64,000 nucleotides of DNA from Guillardia theta CCMP2712 (lineage: Eukaryota > Protista > Cryptophyta): NCBI RefSeq assembly GCF_000315625.1, contig NW_005434629.1:89726-153725 (forward strand), in the 5' to 3' direction. Positions within the stretch are counted from its first letter, which is position 1. The number at the start of each line of letters is the position of its first letter. The notes under the pieces were generated by a model that saw only the letters and a program-made list of their open reading frames with translations, did no database searches and had not been told where the DNA came from. The position numbers and the translations under genes were made by a program. Positions 37,920-49,912 of this stretch are shown piece after piece.

Positions 37920-40900
37920 ACTCATCATTCGTCTTCCACGCGCGATCTCTTCGCTTCCCTTTCCTCGTCCTCGGCGGATCTGCCAAAACGGTCACCCCCC
38001 AAGCTCCGCCACAGCCTCCTCGTCCAGCTCACATCGAGTTCGCCCGCTTCTCCCTCTTCTCACGCGCAGGAGAAGCCGATCGTGACCTGAAACGAGAGCA
38101 GTGAGGAGGAAGAAGAGGTGGTGATGGTGGTACAATGAAGGGGTCAGGAGAGAGGGAAGAGGCAAGTCTGCTTCATCTTACCTGTCGTCGTCGTCGTAAA
38201 GGTCGTCCTTGCCGATCGCCTCCATGATCTGACCAGCTCACTCTCAGCCACTCGCGTCCTCCGATCCTCTCCCCACTCTCTCCCTCTCCTGTGACCCCCG
38301 CTGTCCTTCCCCTCTCGCCCTCTCCTCCTCCTCCCCCTCCCCTCCTCCATTTTTCCACCTTGTCAAACAGCTCTGTCCTTTTCTCGTCTGCCACTTCCAC
38401 CCATGCGCTTCTCTCCCCGCAGACCTTTTCAGCTTCCTGCTCGCCGAGCTCGTCAGCCTGCTATACCCCACCAGGTCAAGTCACGATCACCTTGTACGTA
38501 GCGCCGGCTGCGATCTTGCCTCTCTCGACGTACTTGCTGAGCAACCTCGCAAAGTCTTTCTCTGCTCGCTTTTGCTTCTTCTCCTTCTTCTCCACCTCCT
38601 CCTGCGCCATCTTCTTCTGCAGAGGCACCAACATCAACATCCCCGCGACTGTGCAAACACGGGTTGGGAGGAGGAGGAGGAAAGGGGAGGAGGAGGAACG
38701 GATCTAGAAACAGCAAGGCCAGGTCTCTCACCAGCTCATGGTAGAAGAGCTTGACGTGCTCATCAGACACGCCCTTTACAGCCTCGTGAGATCTCATCGC
38801 CTGCTCGAACTCCTCGATGGTGCACTTGGAGATGTCCAGCAGCTCCGCGGCCTTGTAAGCGTCCTTGAGCCTCGGCCTGTCCGCCTTGTACTTGACCAGT
38901 AGCTCTTCGATGAAGTCCTCGAACAGCTCCTGTGCCCTCGTCTTGCTCTGCTCCACCATCACCAAGAAACGCTCATCCTTGGCCACTGCCTCGTTCTCTC
39001 TGAGCTCCTTCCACCTCGTGGTCGCCTTGAGCAGACCTTTCTCGTGGCACTCCTGCATCAGCGCGTTGAACGCTATCCGCTGCTCCTTCTCTGCAGCCCT
39101 CCTCATCTCCTTCTGGACCTCCTTCTCCTCCGCCTCCTTGGTCGCCAGCTCGCCCATGTACTCGTCGAACGCGTCCAGCCGGTACTTGTCGTCTCCCTCA
39201 AGCGCGAGGTAGCGAGGGTCTTCCTTGATCAGACTCTTCACGTCCGTCCACCGCATCTTCGACGTCAGCTCTGGTACTTCGGAGAGAAGGGCACGGAAGT
39301 TGGCAAGGTTCTCGCTGCGAGCCGCCTTCAGCTTCTCCTTCTCCTTCTTCTCCAGCTCAAGGATGTGGTCCTCGAACAGTTCCACCCTCTCCCTCTCGCT
39401 CTCGACCTTGCCGAACCGAGGGTCCTTGCTCAAACGATCCTGGATGTCTCTGAACCTCGAAGTGTGGGTGATGAAGGAGGACTCTCGCAGCAGGACGTTG
39501 AACTCGTCCTTGGCCGTCTTCTTCCTGATCCTCTCCTGGTCCACCCAGTCCCTCTGCTTCTTAGCGATGAAGTTCTCAAACACGTTCTTCTTCTCGCCCG
39601 TGCTCTTGAGAGCTTTGAAGCGAACGTCCAGCTGCAGCTCCGGCAGGACTTCGTTCCACGTCACCTTGTGGGACGTCACCTTATCGTTGAGCAGACCTTT
39701 GAAGTCCTCCATCGCCTCCTCCTTGCTCGCATACTCCTTCCTCGGGAGGTCACACACAGGGTCGGCCTTTGCCTTTTCTTTCTTCGAGGACGCCCTGCTC
39801 TCCCTATCGTCCTCTGACTTGCGGTCAAAATCTTTCCCTCCATCTCCTGAAGCCTCGCCCTTTCGCCCTACACTTCCATCCGCATCGGCCGCTGCTCCCG
39901 ATGCTCCCTCATCACCGTCGTCGAGCTCGGGAGGGCGGGTCCACTGAGTGGTGTTGGTGACGGTGTTGTGGTAGTACTTCTTCCCTTCCGGGGTCTGATA
40001 CTCCTTCCAAACGCTCGCAGACTTTCCTGCCTTCTCCTCCGGGGTCATGAGCTCAGCCGGTTTCGTCCAGACAGACTGTTTGGTCAGGGAGTTGTAGTAG
40101 TACGTCTTTCCGCTCGTCTTGTCCACGTGCTCTGTCCAAGGGCCCATCTGAACCCCGGAGGAAGTCGTGACTCCGTGCTGGACGGGGGCCTGCAACGGCT
40201 CTCAGCCGCGCCCACGAGCTCGCCTGATGGGACTTACCTGAGCAGGAGGATGGTGCATCATGGGCTGATGCATAGCCTGCGGGTGGTGCATGCCATTCTG
40301 AGGCAAGCTCGGCGGCATACCTGGCGGAACCATTCCCGGCGGCTGCACAGGGTTCAGTGACTACCAGCATCTGCCTCTCCCTTACCTGCCCCATCGGAGG
40401 ATTCATCGGAGGCATTCCTTGCTGCGGGGGCATGGCCGGCGGCATATGGCCCGGTTGAGGGCCCGGGTAAGGTGGAGCCGGCATTCCCATCGGAGACTGA
40501 CCCCTTCCACCGTACATGGGACTCTGCATACCTGGTGGCTGCATTCCTGCTCCCTGCATACCACCCGACCCTCCGCCTGGTCCTCCCATGCCGCCCGGCC
40601 CTCCCATGCCGCCAGGGCCCATGCCGCCCGGTCCACCTGGACCTCCAGGTCCCATGCTGCCTGGCCCGCCTGGCCCGCCTGGACCCATACCTCCAGGTCG
40701 CATGCCTCCCGGCCCACCAACTGGTCCTCCCATGCCCCCGGGTCCTCCCATGCCCCCGGGTCCTCCCATGCCCCCGGGTCCTCCCATGCCCCCGGGCCTC
40801 ATTCCGCCTGGTCCTCCACCTGGGCCCCCCATGGGACCAGGAGGCATACCCGGACGTTGCGGCATCATACCTCGCGAGCCCTGCATGGCATTCCTTACTC

Positions 40901-41036
40901 CCATCAGCATCGCAGTCTGAGACATGGCCAGCAGCTGCTTTGCCTGCATGCTCGGGCCCATGCCGCTCAGTGTCCCCATGCCCATGGGATGCTTCATGCC
41001 CATTCCGAAGGCATTCGCCATCGCCATCCTCCCCGC

Positions 41037-41076
<40 letters not shown>

Positions 41077-41464
41077 GGATTCATGCCGCCATGTCCTGGC
41101 ATCATGGACCCTCGAGATGTAGGCGGCATGCCCATCTACAGGCGACGTCAGAGAAAGTCAACGGGGCGCACATGGAGGAGGAAGCAGCAGCTCTCACCTG
41201 CCCTGTGGGCGTCGAATTGGCCTTAGAACCTCCTGCCATCGAGCTTTGCGTCCCTGGTGTCGATTCTTGGCCGGAGGTTCCCGATGAAAGGGCAGGCGAT
41301 TCCTGCATAGGGTTTGACGGAACTTCCTCCTCCGTAGCAGCTGATGTCTGCACCTCCTGTGGCGTCTGATCTGAGGGCGGAGGCTCCTGGGACATAGTGG
41401 GCTGCTTTTGCATCCATGCGGGCGTGGTCAATCCTCGACCTCGACCTCTTCCTGCTCCGTCCAT
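37920..41464 (-). CDS. PRPF40: Pre-mRNA processing factor 40 (Gly/Pro/Met-rich N-terminus, 2 WW domains, FF repeats)
   Basis: WTEHVDKTSGKTYYYNSLTKQSVWTKP, WKEYQTPEGKKYYHNTVTNTTQWTRP and several FF repeats (F..LL..W..D.RF). The 3' end is approximate. Confidence 0.92.
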
Positions 41465-41829
41465 GGTGAAGGCTCTTTCCTCGAAACGAATCTACCTCCG
41501 TCAAGATCAAGGTCGGGTCACTTCATCCTCGCAGAACGTGGCTGTTAGATTTTCTCTCCTTCAATCCGCTGCTCGTCAACTACTGATATCCACCCGCAAG
41601 CTCCCCGCTGGATTCAAACGAACTCTGCCTCGTGCTTCACAGAGCAATGTCCACCAGCCGCGACCCAAGGGCTTTTTGTGTAGTGATCTAGCCGATCAGC
41701 CTGTGGATGAGCGAGGAGAAGAGCGAGGAGGTAGCGGGAGGAGGGGAGGAAGAGGAGGAGCTGGTAGAACGATCCTCTGAGGAGCGAGGAGGAGAGGCGC
41801 GGGGAGGGAGCAGACGTCCACGAGGCATG

Positions 41830-42023
41830 TTGACTAAAAACATTGACTATATGCCCCCTCCAATAGATTCCACTCTGACAGCCAAACAAGTAGGGCCATG
41901 GTATAATATTTTCTATGTATTATCATAATCAAAATAAGCAAAGTCAATGCATTGACTGGCCCCAAGGACTAGCCGGGAGGAGAGCAGGTTTATAGTCAAT
42001 TTTTTTCAGAGAGATATTGACTA
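41830..42023. promoter_or_regulatory. Cluster of six TTGACT/AGTCAA hexamers including a perfect 16-bp palindrome
   Basis: AGTCAATGCATTGACT at 41942-41957; TAGTCAAT..ATTGACTA inverted pair at 41993-42023; upstream of PRP40. Confidence 0.5.
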
Positions 42024-42088
42024 CAACCTCCTCTTATTACTCTCCTGATTGTCCTCGTACTGATCTTTCACTTAACTTTGAGTAAACG

Positions 42089-42960
42089 CCACGGTAAGTC
42101 CGATCAACTGGCAACGGTCACGGTGCCACCGGGATCGGACCGTGACCGTCGGACGCCCGGCCCGGCCCGGCCTGCGCGGCAGCGAGCTCCGCCGCCGCCG
42201 GCCGGACGGCGGCGGCCGCCCCCGGGCCCGGCGATTGCAGGCAACGTGACCGGTGTTGAACGGTGACCTCGGCTGGGTGACTGGATACGCGGGCCCCCGG
42301 GGCTGGGTGACTGCCCGGCCGGCGGTGGGGAACACTCCGAAGTGACGGTGGTCGGTCACAGTGGTCACGGAGTCTGGCGGGGCTCATCACGCGCGCAAAG
42401 TTTATTAAGTTATTCAGGCGCTTCAGTATAAGTATGGTCACCGTAGGCTCAGTGGCAGCCGAGCCAACGGGCGGCGCCGAGCCTCGGAGGCTGGCGCGCG
42501 GCCACTGCCAGGACTCTAGGGCGGTGTCACCGAGTCCGATACGGTCGGCTGTCACGAGCTGAGTCGCGGCGGCGCGCCCGGCCGGGCGCGCGGGCGGTCG
42601 GCGACCGCCGTTAAGGTTTTCTTAATCATGCCACACTGCCGCCGGCACTAGGCTGCAGTGGCGGGCCCGGAAGCTCCGCGGCCACCGGAGGCCACTGGCA
42701 CCGTGACTCAGGCCCTGGCAAGTGATCATCGGACTCCCGAATTCACCGCCGAGAGTTGGCAAGCCTGTGAGGCTCCTTCACTGCTCGCGAGCGGCGTGCC
42801 ACCGGGCCGCCGTTCTTCTGCTCAGTGAGTCAGCCGTTCTGTCCGGGCCGACTCCGGCGGCGTCACACCATCCCGGACCGTCGGACTCTGAGAGGGCCTG
42901 GGGCTTGTAGCCGGTAGATGGACCGCCGTACTCGATTCTCGATGCTCACGGCGATGAGAC
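42089..42960. other. GC-rich non-coding island
   Basis: Same word set; begins directly after CTTAACTTTGAGTAAACG. Confidence 0.75.
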
Positions 42961-43033
42961 AGACTTGAAGTTCCGAGTTGGCTCAGCAGCTGCTTTTGGC
43001 GGAGTGGCTCTTGGTTGTGTCGGTAGGGAAACT

Positions 43034-44475
43034 TCAGTTGGTCGGAGTAACTTTTCCCAGCTTGAGAAGTTTCGTATACAGACAGAGGGCTGACAACGCT
43101 TTTCCATCCGGAGCCAGGCTCCTGCGTCAGACCAAGTCAGTTGCCACGGCAAATTCGTGTCCAGAGGTTCAAGCTCCTTTGTCGCATTCAGATGTCGCAG
43201 TCGCCCCCCCTCACAACCAATTTCTTAAACCTCCAATATCCCTCTTACATGATTCTCGAGCCCCGGTTCTACCAATTCTGCGCAGGTGGCTAGTCTTCTA
43301 AACTGCTGTTCTACTCTCCATTTCTCTTTTCCCTCCTTCCCTCCCCCCCTCTCCTCTACTCACCACAGGTCATCGATCGGAATCACTTTCAGCTTGATCG
43401 TCTCCCCCTCCTCCAGCACCCCCGTGCACTTATCGTGCAGGCTGCTGATCTCCTGCGGACTCATCGTCGCCCGGTACAGGAAGATCCGCAGGTACTCGTC
43501 GCATCCTCCTGCGGACGGGTAGATGCCGAGGCAGCCGCTCCCGAACGCCATCTCTGTCAGGTCCATCAGATCTTTCTTCTGCACCTTGAGGCTCGTCTCC
43601 TCCTCCAGCTCCTTCGCCGCCATCCCCACAAAGTCCCCGCTGTTGTCCAGCATCCCCGCCGGCAGCTCGTACAATGCCGCCTTCCCCACGGGCACCCGCG
43701 GCTGCACAGTGAGGAGCGTGTACTGCTTCTTGCTCTCCTTGCACGTGATGACGATGAAGATCGCGACCGCTCCTCCTCGCATGAACACGATGCCGGGCAC
43801 AGGCTTCCCGTCTCTCGTCGTCGCCTCCGCCTTGAACTTGAGGAAGCCTATCCTCGGCCCGAAGAGGTCGATGGACTGCACCACCACCTTGGACACAACC
43901 AGCTCCTCGTCCATCTCCCGGCACCAGTCATTGAAGGCCTTCATCTCCTTCATCTTCAGGTAGTGCTCCTTCAACACCGCATGCTCGAACTCCATCGGGA
44001 CGTCGTTGCCACGGATCTGCCGCTCATCGTCAGGAGAGTCTGCCGAGTGCAGGAGACTGGGGATGGAGACAGAGGGAGTGTGCGATAGGGGGTGGCTTCT
44101 TACCTGGCAAGTCAGAGGTAATGGACGAAGCTGCAGAGGTCTTTTGGGGACTGTTCCTGCTGCTTCGGCCCTTCCTGCTCGGGTTCCTCCTCCCGCTCCC
44201 GCTCCCACTTCTATTCCTGCTCCTGATCGTGCTTCTGCTGCTCCTGCTGCTCCTGCTGCTCCTGCTGCTCCTGCTCCTGCCTCTACTCTTGCTCCTTCGG
44301 ATCCTGGTCCTGCTGCTTGAGCTCCTCCTCGATCTCCTCCTCCTTCTCCTTCCCCACTGGATCCTGCTCTTGCGGATCCTACTCCAGATCCTGCTCCTGC
44401 TCCATCCGCTCCCCTACACTGTGCGATGGCCCCTTTCGTAGCTGTTGTGTCATTTTTGGAGCAACAGCCGCCCAT
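43034..44475 (-). CDS. Nudix hydrolase copy B with N-terminal MGGCC acylation motif
   Basis: Central exon nearly identical to copy A; last exon APDGKALSALCLYTKLLKLGKVTPTN*; start MGGCCSK at 44475. Confidence 0.88.
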
Positions 44476-44775
44476 GGCGGCTGCCAGGACGTTCGTTAAA
44501 AAAAGCGTTGATCCGGTAGGGAGTAAGACATACAGAGCGTTGGGGTAACTGAGAATGCTGCCTTTTTTTAAAGTCAAATGGAAACTCTGAGGTGAGCTGG
44601 CAGTGTTGGGAGCTAGTCAAATTCTGTGCTGGTCAAAAATGAAAAATGTGGGGGAGGGAGAGGAGGGGAGGGGAGGGGAGGAGGACTCGAGGAGGAGGAG
44701 GATAGCAAAGTATCTTGACTGTTGGTTTCCGTACAGCATTCATCTGAGTTGATGTAGAGGAGGTTGCTGCTGAGA

Positions 44776-47629
44776 ATGAACGTCATCGTCGTCGTCGTCG
44801 TCCTTCTCACCTGCTGCGTTCTTTGCCCATTTGCGATAGAGTCGGGCTCAAGGCTCGAGGACGCCGAGAGATTCAGAAAAGAAGCAGAGAGGATGAGGCT
44901 GCAGGGAGAGAGCGAGAGAGCTCTCAAGATGTTCCAGGAGACTCTCCGTCTTGACTCAACGAATAGTAAGGTGTGTCTCGGTTGTACTTGTAGCTCCTTG
45001 CCGCCGGACGTCTCCTTCTTTCTCATCCTGCCTCCCCTTCCCTGCACTGAAAGGGCTTCTCAGGCCTACTGGGGGATAGGAAGAATCTTGCTCGAGCATG
45101 AGCGTGTTGAGGAAGCTTTGCCCATGTTCAGAGAAGCAGTCACAACAGCCGAGGAGGAGAAGAGGAGGGACAAGGAAAGCACGAGGGTCACGGATGTTGC
45201 TCTTGCGGTCATGTACCAGGACCTTGGGGTCTGTCTTGGAGAGAACTTTCGCTTCAAGGAGCAGATGAAGGCTTTCGAACGCTCGCTGTCCATCCGATAC
45301 AGGTAGGCAGGCAGACACGTGCGGAGGTTTCCTACTTATCCCTTGCTCACCACAGCGAGAGGACGTACACCAACCTCCAGAGGGTTCGGCAGTTCATGTG
45401 CGAATGGAGGGACTGGGACAATAACATGCAGGAGCTCGAGCGACTGGCCAACAGGAGCTTGCACTGGCTGCCCGGATGGCAAGGGAGCAACGCCAATACC
45501 ATCCAGCAGAGCTACCTTCTAGTTCCTCCCCAGCATGCTCTCTACTACCCGATGAGCCCGATCACGACGCTGGCAAGCGCTCGATTCTGTGCCCTCCTTA
45601 CAGGTTGTGAAGCCAAGGGAGGAAGGAAGGGACGAGGAGGAGGACAGAAAGGAGTGGGGGAGGGAGAGAGATAGGAGAGGGGGGGGGGGAGAGACTGGAG
45701 AGAGAGGGAGAGAGGGAGAGAGGGAGAGAGGGAGAGAGGGAGAGAGGGAGGGGGTTTGCAGGAAGGAAGGGACGAGGAGGAAGGCGGAAAGGAGGAAGGG
45801 AGGGTAGGAGGGAGGGAGGGAGGGAGTAATGATGACGTTTGTCCTCTGGGCAGAGAGGGAGGCACGAAAATTGCAGTTGAAACCGTTCCGGCACCCGCAG
45901 ACCTCTTGGCGTCCCAAGGAGGGAGTGAGAGTGAGAGTGGCAAGTTTCCTGCTCTGACCTCTGTTATTTCATCCTTCTCACTTCTACTCACTCCTCTTCC
46001 TTTGCCTCCTGCTCCTGCTCCTGCTTCTGCTCCTGCTTCTGCTCCTGCTCCTGCTCCACGTCCTCTTTGTTTACTTCTTCCCCACTCTTCCTTCCTTCAT
46101 CTCCTCATTCTTCCTCCCAGGGCTACCTCTCTTCTCAGTTTGCAGCCAATTCCTTCGGATGGACGATGGAGCACGTCTTCTCTTTCCATGATAGGACCCG
46201 ATTCCACGTGATCGCCTTCTCGCTCTCCTCCTCCGATGACCCCACAAGGTGTGCGTGCTACCCTTTCATCCTCCCTCTTCCTTTACCCATCCCACTCAAC
46301 TCCTTTCTTCTCTCTGTTCTCTTCTCTCTCCGTGGCTTGTTCATTTTTCTTGTCTCAATCTGCAGCTTTCCTGTCCATCATTGGCCTTCCTCCTCGGTCT
46401 CATCTCCTTCACCTCTCCCTCTCAGCCCGTCTCCTCCTTCACGCACGGAGTTTACCGTCCAGCCGCGTGCAGGCGGAGCATGGTGGAGGAGGTCGAAGAC
46501 TTCAAGGATGTGAACGGCATCGATCCGGCCGGCATCGCGTCAGCGATCAACGAGCTTCAAGTTCATGTCCTCCTCGATGTAGACGGGTACCGCGACGTTC
46601 GCGTCACCACAGGGGTGGCAGACAACATGCAGGTGGAGGAGGGTGAGAGAGAGCAGAGACTGAGGGAGGAGGGTGAGAGGGAGAGAGGGAGGGGGTAGGA
46701 TACAACATATGACGCAGCATATGAAGATATAGGATATTACTGGAGAGGCGAGGGAGGGAGGGAGAAGAGCGAGCAAGAGGACCAGAGGACAAGGAGGAGG
46801 ACGCTCTCCTGGGATCCCTGACAGAAGCACGACAGGTCCTGGCTTTGCGTCCTGCTCCCATCGTCGTGAACTGGCTGGGCCCCTGCTCATCTAGCGGAGC
46901 TGACTTCGTCGACTTCCTGCTATCAGACCGTCTGTCGTCGCCCCCTGACTTTCAGTCTCACTTCACAGAGTCCTTTGCCCTCCTCCCCCTCTCCTTCTCC
47001 GTCTCCTCCCTTGCCCAGTCCTACTCCAACCTCACACGGATCTTCTCCTCTGCCCTACTGTCTGGGTACCCTGTCCTCCTTCCTCGCTCTTCCCTTCCTC
47101 CTGATTTGAAGACCAGGGACAGCAAGCCCACAGACTTGCAGACAGCGCTGAAGCGACATGGAGTGAGGCGAGAAGAGCATGGCGTGCCGGCAGAAGGGCT
47201 CGTGCTCGCAGACTTCAACAAGTCGTTCAAGCTCTCTCCTGACATGTTCACTACCTGGCTGAGCCTCCTCGTCGCCTTGCCCGGTCAGCCCTGCCCAGTC
47301 AGCACATCCTGCAGCAGCTGACGCGAGCACTAGGTAGCGTCCTTGTGCTAGGGGAGGCCGAGGAGGCGGCAAAGAAGAATATCCGCAAGGAAGCGAGGGA
47401 GGCTGGCGTGGACCCCGGCAGGATCTCCTTCCCCGACCCTCACGTGACGCACGGGGAGCACGTGACCAGAAGGCTGCCCATGGTTCTCTCGCTCTGACAC
47501 CCTCCTTCACTGCCAGCCTCCTTCTTTTATTCCTACCTGACTGTGCTCTCCGTCGCCTGAGTCGTTCTTGGCTCATTTCTCCTCCTCCTCCTCCTCCTTC
47601 TCCTCCTTCTCCTCCTTCTCCTCCTCCTC

Positions 47630-47677
<48 letters not shown>

Positions 47678-48850
47678 CATCCTCTTCCTCCTCTCCCTCC
47701 TTTCCTTCTCGCCACAAATGCGTACGAGGAGAAACTCCAGCAAACCTCCGTTGCTTCCGTTTGATTGATTGCTGAAACCAAGCCGTTGAAGCCCTTGAGA
47801 ATGCTGTGCTTATGGAAAAAAATGAAACCTGTCACAGTTCCCTCTCCANNNNNNNNNNNNNNNNNNNNNNNNNNNNNNNNNNNNNNNNNNNNNNNNNNNN
47901 NNNNNNNNNNNNNNNNNNNNNNNNNNNNNNNNNNNNNNNNNNNNNNNNNNNNNNNNNNNNNNNNNNNNNNNNNNNNNNNNNNNNNNNNNNNNNNNNNNNN
48001 NNNNNNNNNNNNNNNNNNNNNNNNNNNNNNNNNNNNNNNNNNNNNNNNNNNNNNNNNNNNNNNNNNNNNNNNNNNNNNNNNNNNNNNNNNNNNNNNNNNN
48101 NNNNNNNNNNNNNNNNNNNNNNNNNNNNNNNNNNNNNNNNNNNNNNNNNNNNNNNNNNNNNNNNNNNNNNNNNNNNNNNNNNNNNNNNNNNNNNNNNNNN
48201 NNNNNNNNNNNNNNNNNNNNNNNNNNNNNNNNNNNNNNNNNNNNNNNNNNNNNNNNNNNNNNNNNNNNNNNNNNNNNNNNNNNNNNNNNNNNNNNNNNNN
48301 NNNNNNNNNNNNNNNNNNNNNNNNNNNNNNNNNNNNNNNNNNNNNNNNNNNNNNNNNNNNNNNNNNNNNNNNNNNNNCCCCTCCCTCCCTCCCCTCCCCT
48401 CCCTCCTCCTCCTCCTCTCCTCCCCCCCCCCCACGCTGTTGCTGCTGCCGCCGCCGCAGCTACTACAGTTGACAGTCAGGCAGCTTCGCAGGCGGTAGGA
48501 GGAGAGGCTGGTATCGCAAGAACGCTGGAGGACTACAGGGAGATCGCGATCAAGCTAGCGACGAGCGGGGAGAAGCTGCGGAGGCTAAAGGAGAAGATCG
48601 TGAGAGAGGGAGGAGCTGCTGCTGGGTAACTCTTTGTACCCTCTAGCGGCCATGCTGAGCAGCGTGGGGCAGGCGGGGCCTTTTCGCCACCTCCAGGATG
48701 GTGGGGGAGATGGAGAGGATGTTCCTCCTCATGGGAGAGCAGATGAGGAGGAGAGGAGGAAGCAAGCCGCACCATCTCGTGCTAGCAAATGTTCCAGGTA
48801 GGCTCTCAGTCATCAATCTCCTCTCTGCTCACCTGTCCTACCATCACAGG
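44776..48850 (+). CDS. TPR + glycosyltransferase family 41 (OGT/SPINDLY-like) protein, interrupted by a gap
   Basis: TPR-like helices, CEWRDW, GYLSSQF..HDRTRFHVIAFSL, HVLLDVDGY, ALRPAPIVVNWLG..SGADFVDFLLSD and DFNKSFKL; hydrophobic N-terminus. Confidence 0.8.
47849..48377. other. Assembly gap
   Basis: Run of N. Confidence 1.
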
Positions 48851-48959
48851 GAACGAAGGAGCGAGGGCGGGTGCACAGCGGCACGGGGAACGAGCATGAC
48901 TGTAAGCGGGGGGGGGGGGGTTGATCGGCATATAAAAGAGGTTGGTAGGACGTCAGCTA

Positions 48960-49912
48960 TCATCCACCAGCCTCTCCCATCCGACGGATCTCGTCCGCAT
49001 GCTTTCTCAGCATCTCCTCCACGCTTGCCTCCATCAACGTGCCGATCCCTCCCCATATCATGCGGTCTGCTCCCGCAAAGTCAGCATGCCGCCGCTCGAG
49101 CTCGGCTCCCACTCACCTCCCACGCATGTGATGTCGTCGGTGACGTCCTTCACGGCTCGGAAGCCGAGTCGTCGGTAGTGTCGCTCGAGGATCTTGTGCT
49201 GTCTCTCGTTGTCTTTGATCGCCAGCAGCTCCGCCCGTCGGCACCCCTGCTCGTATGCATACCTCCCAGCGTAAGCACCGAGCAGCAAGCTCAGGCCGTA
49301 CACTGAGTTGCTTCTCCATCCTCTCTCGTTCACGGAGACCTTCTTTCTGTCCGTCATGCTGTTCGGGTTGCCCGTGTTCACCGTCGACAACCGCATCGTG
49401 TCTTGACGCATCAGGTTACCCACGATGGTGCCTGCAGTGTACCCGATGGCCTGTCCCTTTCCTTCCTCCTCGCCATCCTTTGGCGTCTTGCGTATCATGA
49501 CTCGGTACAGCGGGCCGAGCTGAGTGACTGTGAAGGAGAATCCCGACGCTGCTGCTGCCTGCTCCACATCCTGGAGCGTCAAGAGGTCTTGGTCGTTTGC
49601 CACCTTGCACGTCACAGGCGCTCGGCTCAAGGAACGGACTCTGCTCCTTGAGGCTACTGGACGTGCATGGACAGTATTCGTTATAGCAGAGAAAGGCAGG
49701 ACTCCAGGCCTCGGTGGGGATGCAGTTCCATGAAAGAACGACGTGTGGAAAGCCGACGCCATATGCACTTGAGACAATAAGCATGCGCAAAAGAGCAGGG
49801 AGGAGAGAGGGAGAGAAGGTGGGAGGATCAAACGAGCTGGTGGGGAGAAGGGAGAAGGCTTGGACACATTTCTTCTGCCCTCCCCCGCACCCATTCTTCT
49901 AGTTTCCTGCAT
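48960..49912 (-). CDS. Conserved plant/algal plastid protein of probable GNAT-like fold
   Basis: GCRRAELLAIKDNERQHKILERHYRRLGF and last exon MIWGGIGTLMEASVEEML; ASAF-type transit peptide start. Confidence 0.65.

Noticed and set aside
40403-41369. Long plus-strand and alternative-frame ORFs over the PRP40 N-terminus
   Set aside because: Shadows of the Gly/Pro/Met-rich repeat (18-bp units near 40724-40795).
47765-48498. ORFs spanning N-runs
   Set aside because: Artefacts of assembly gaps.
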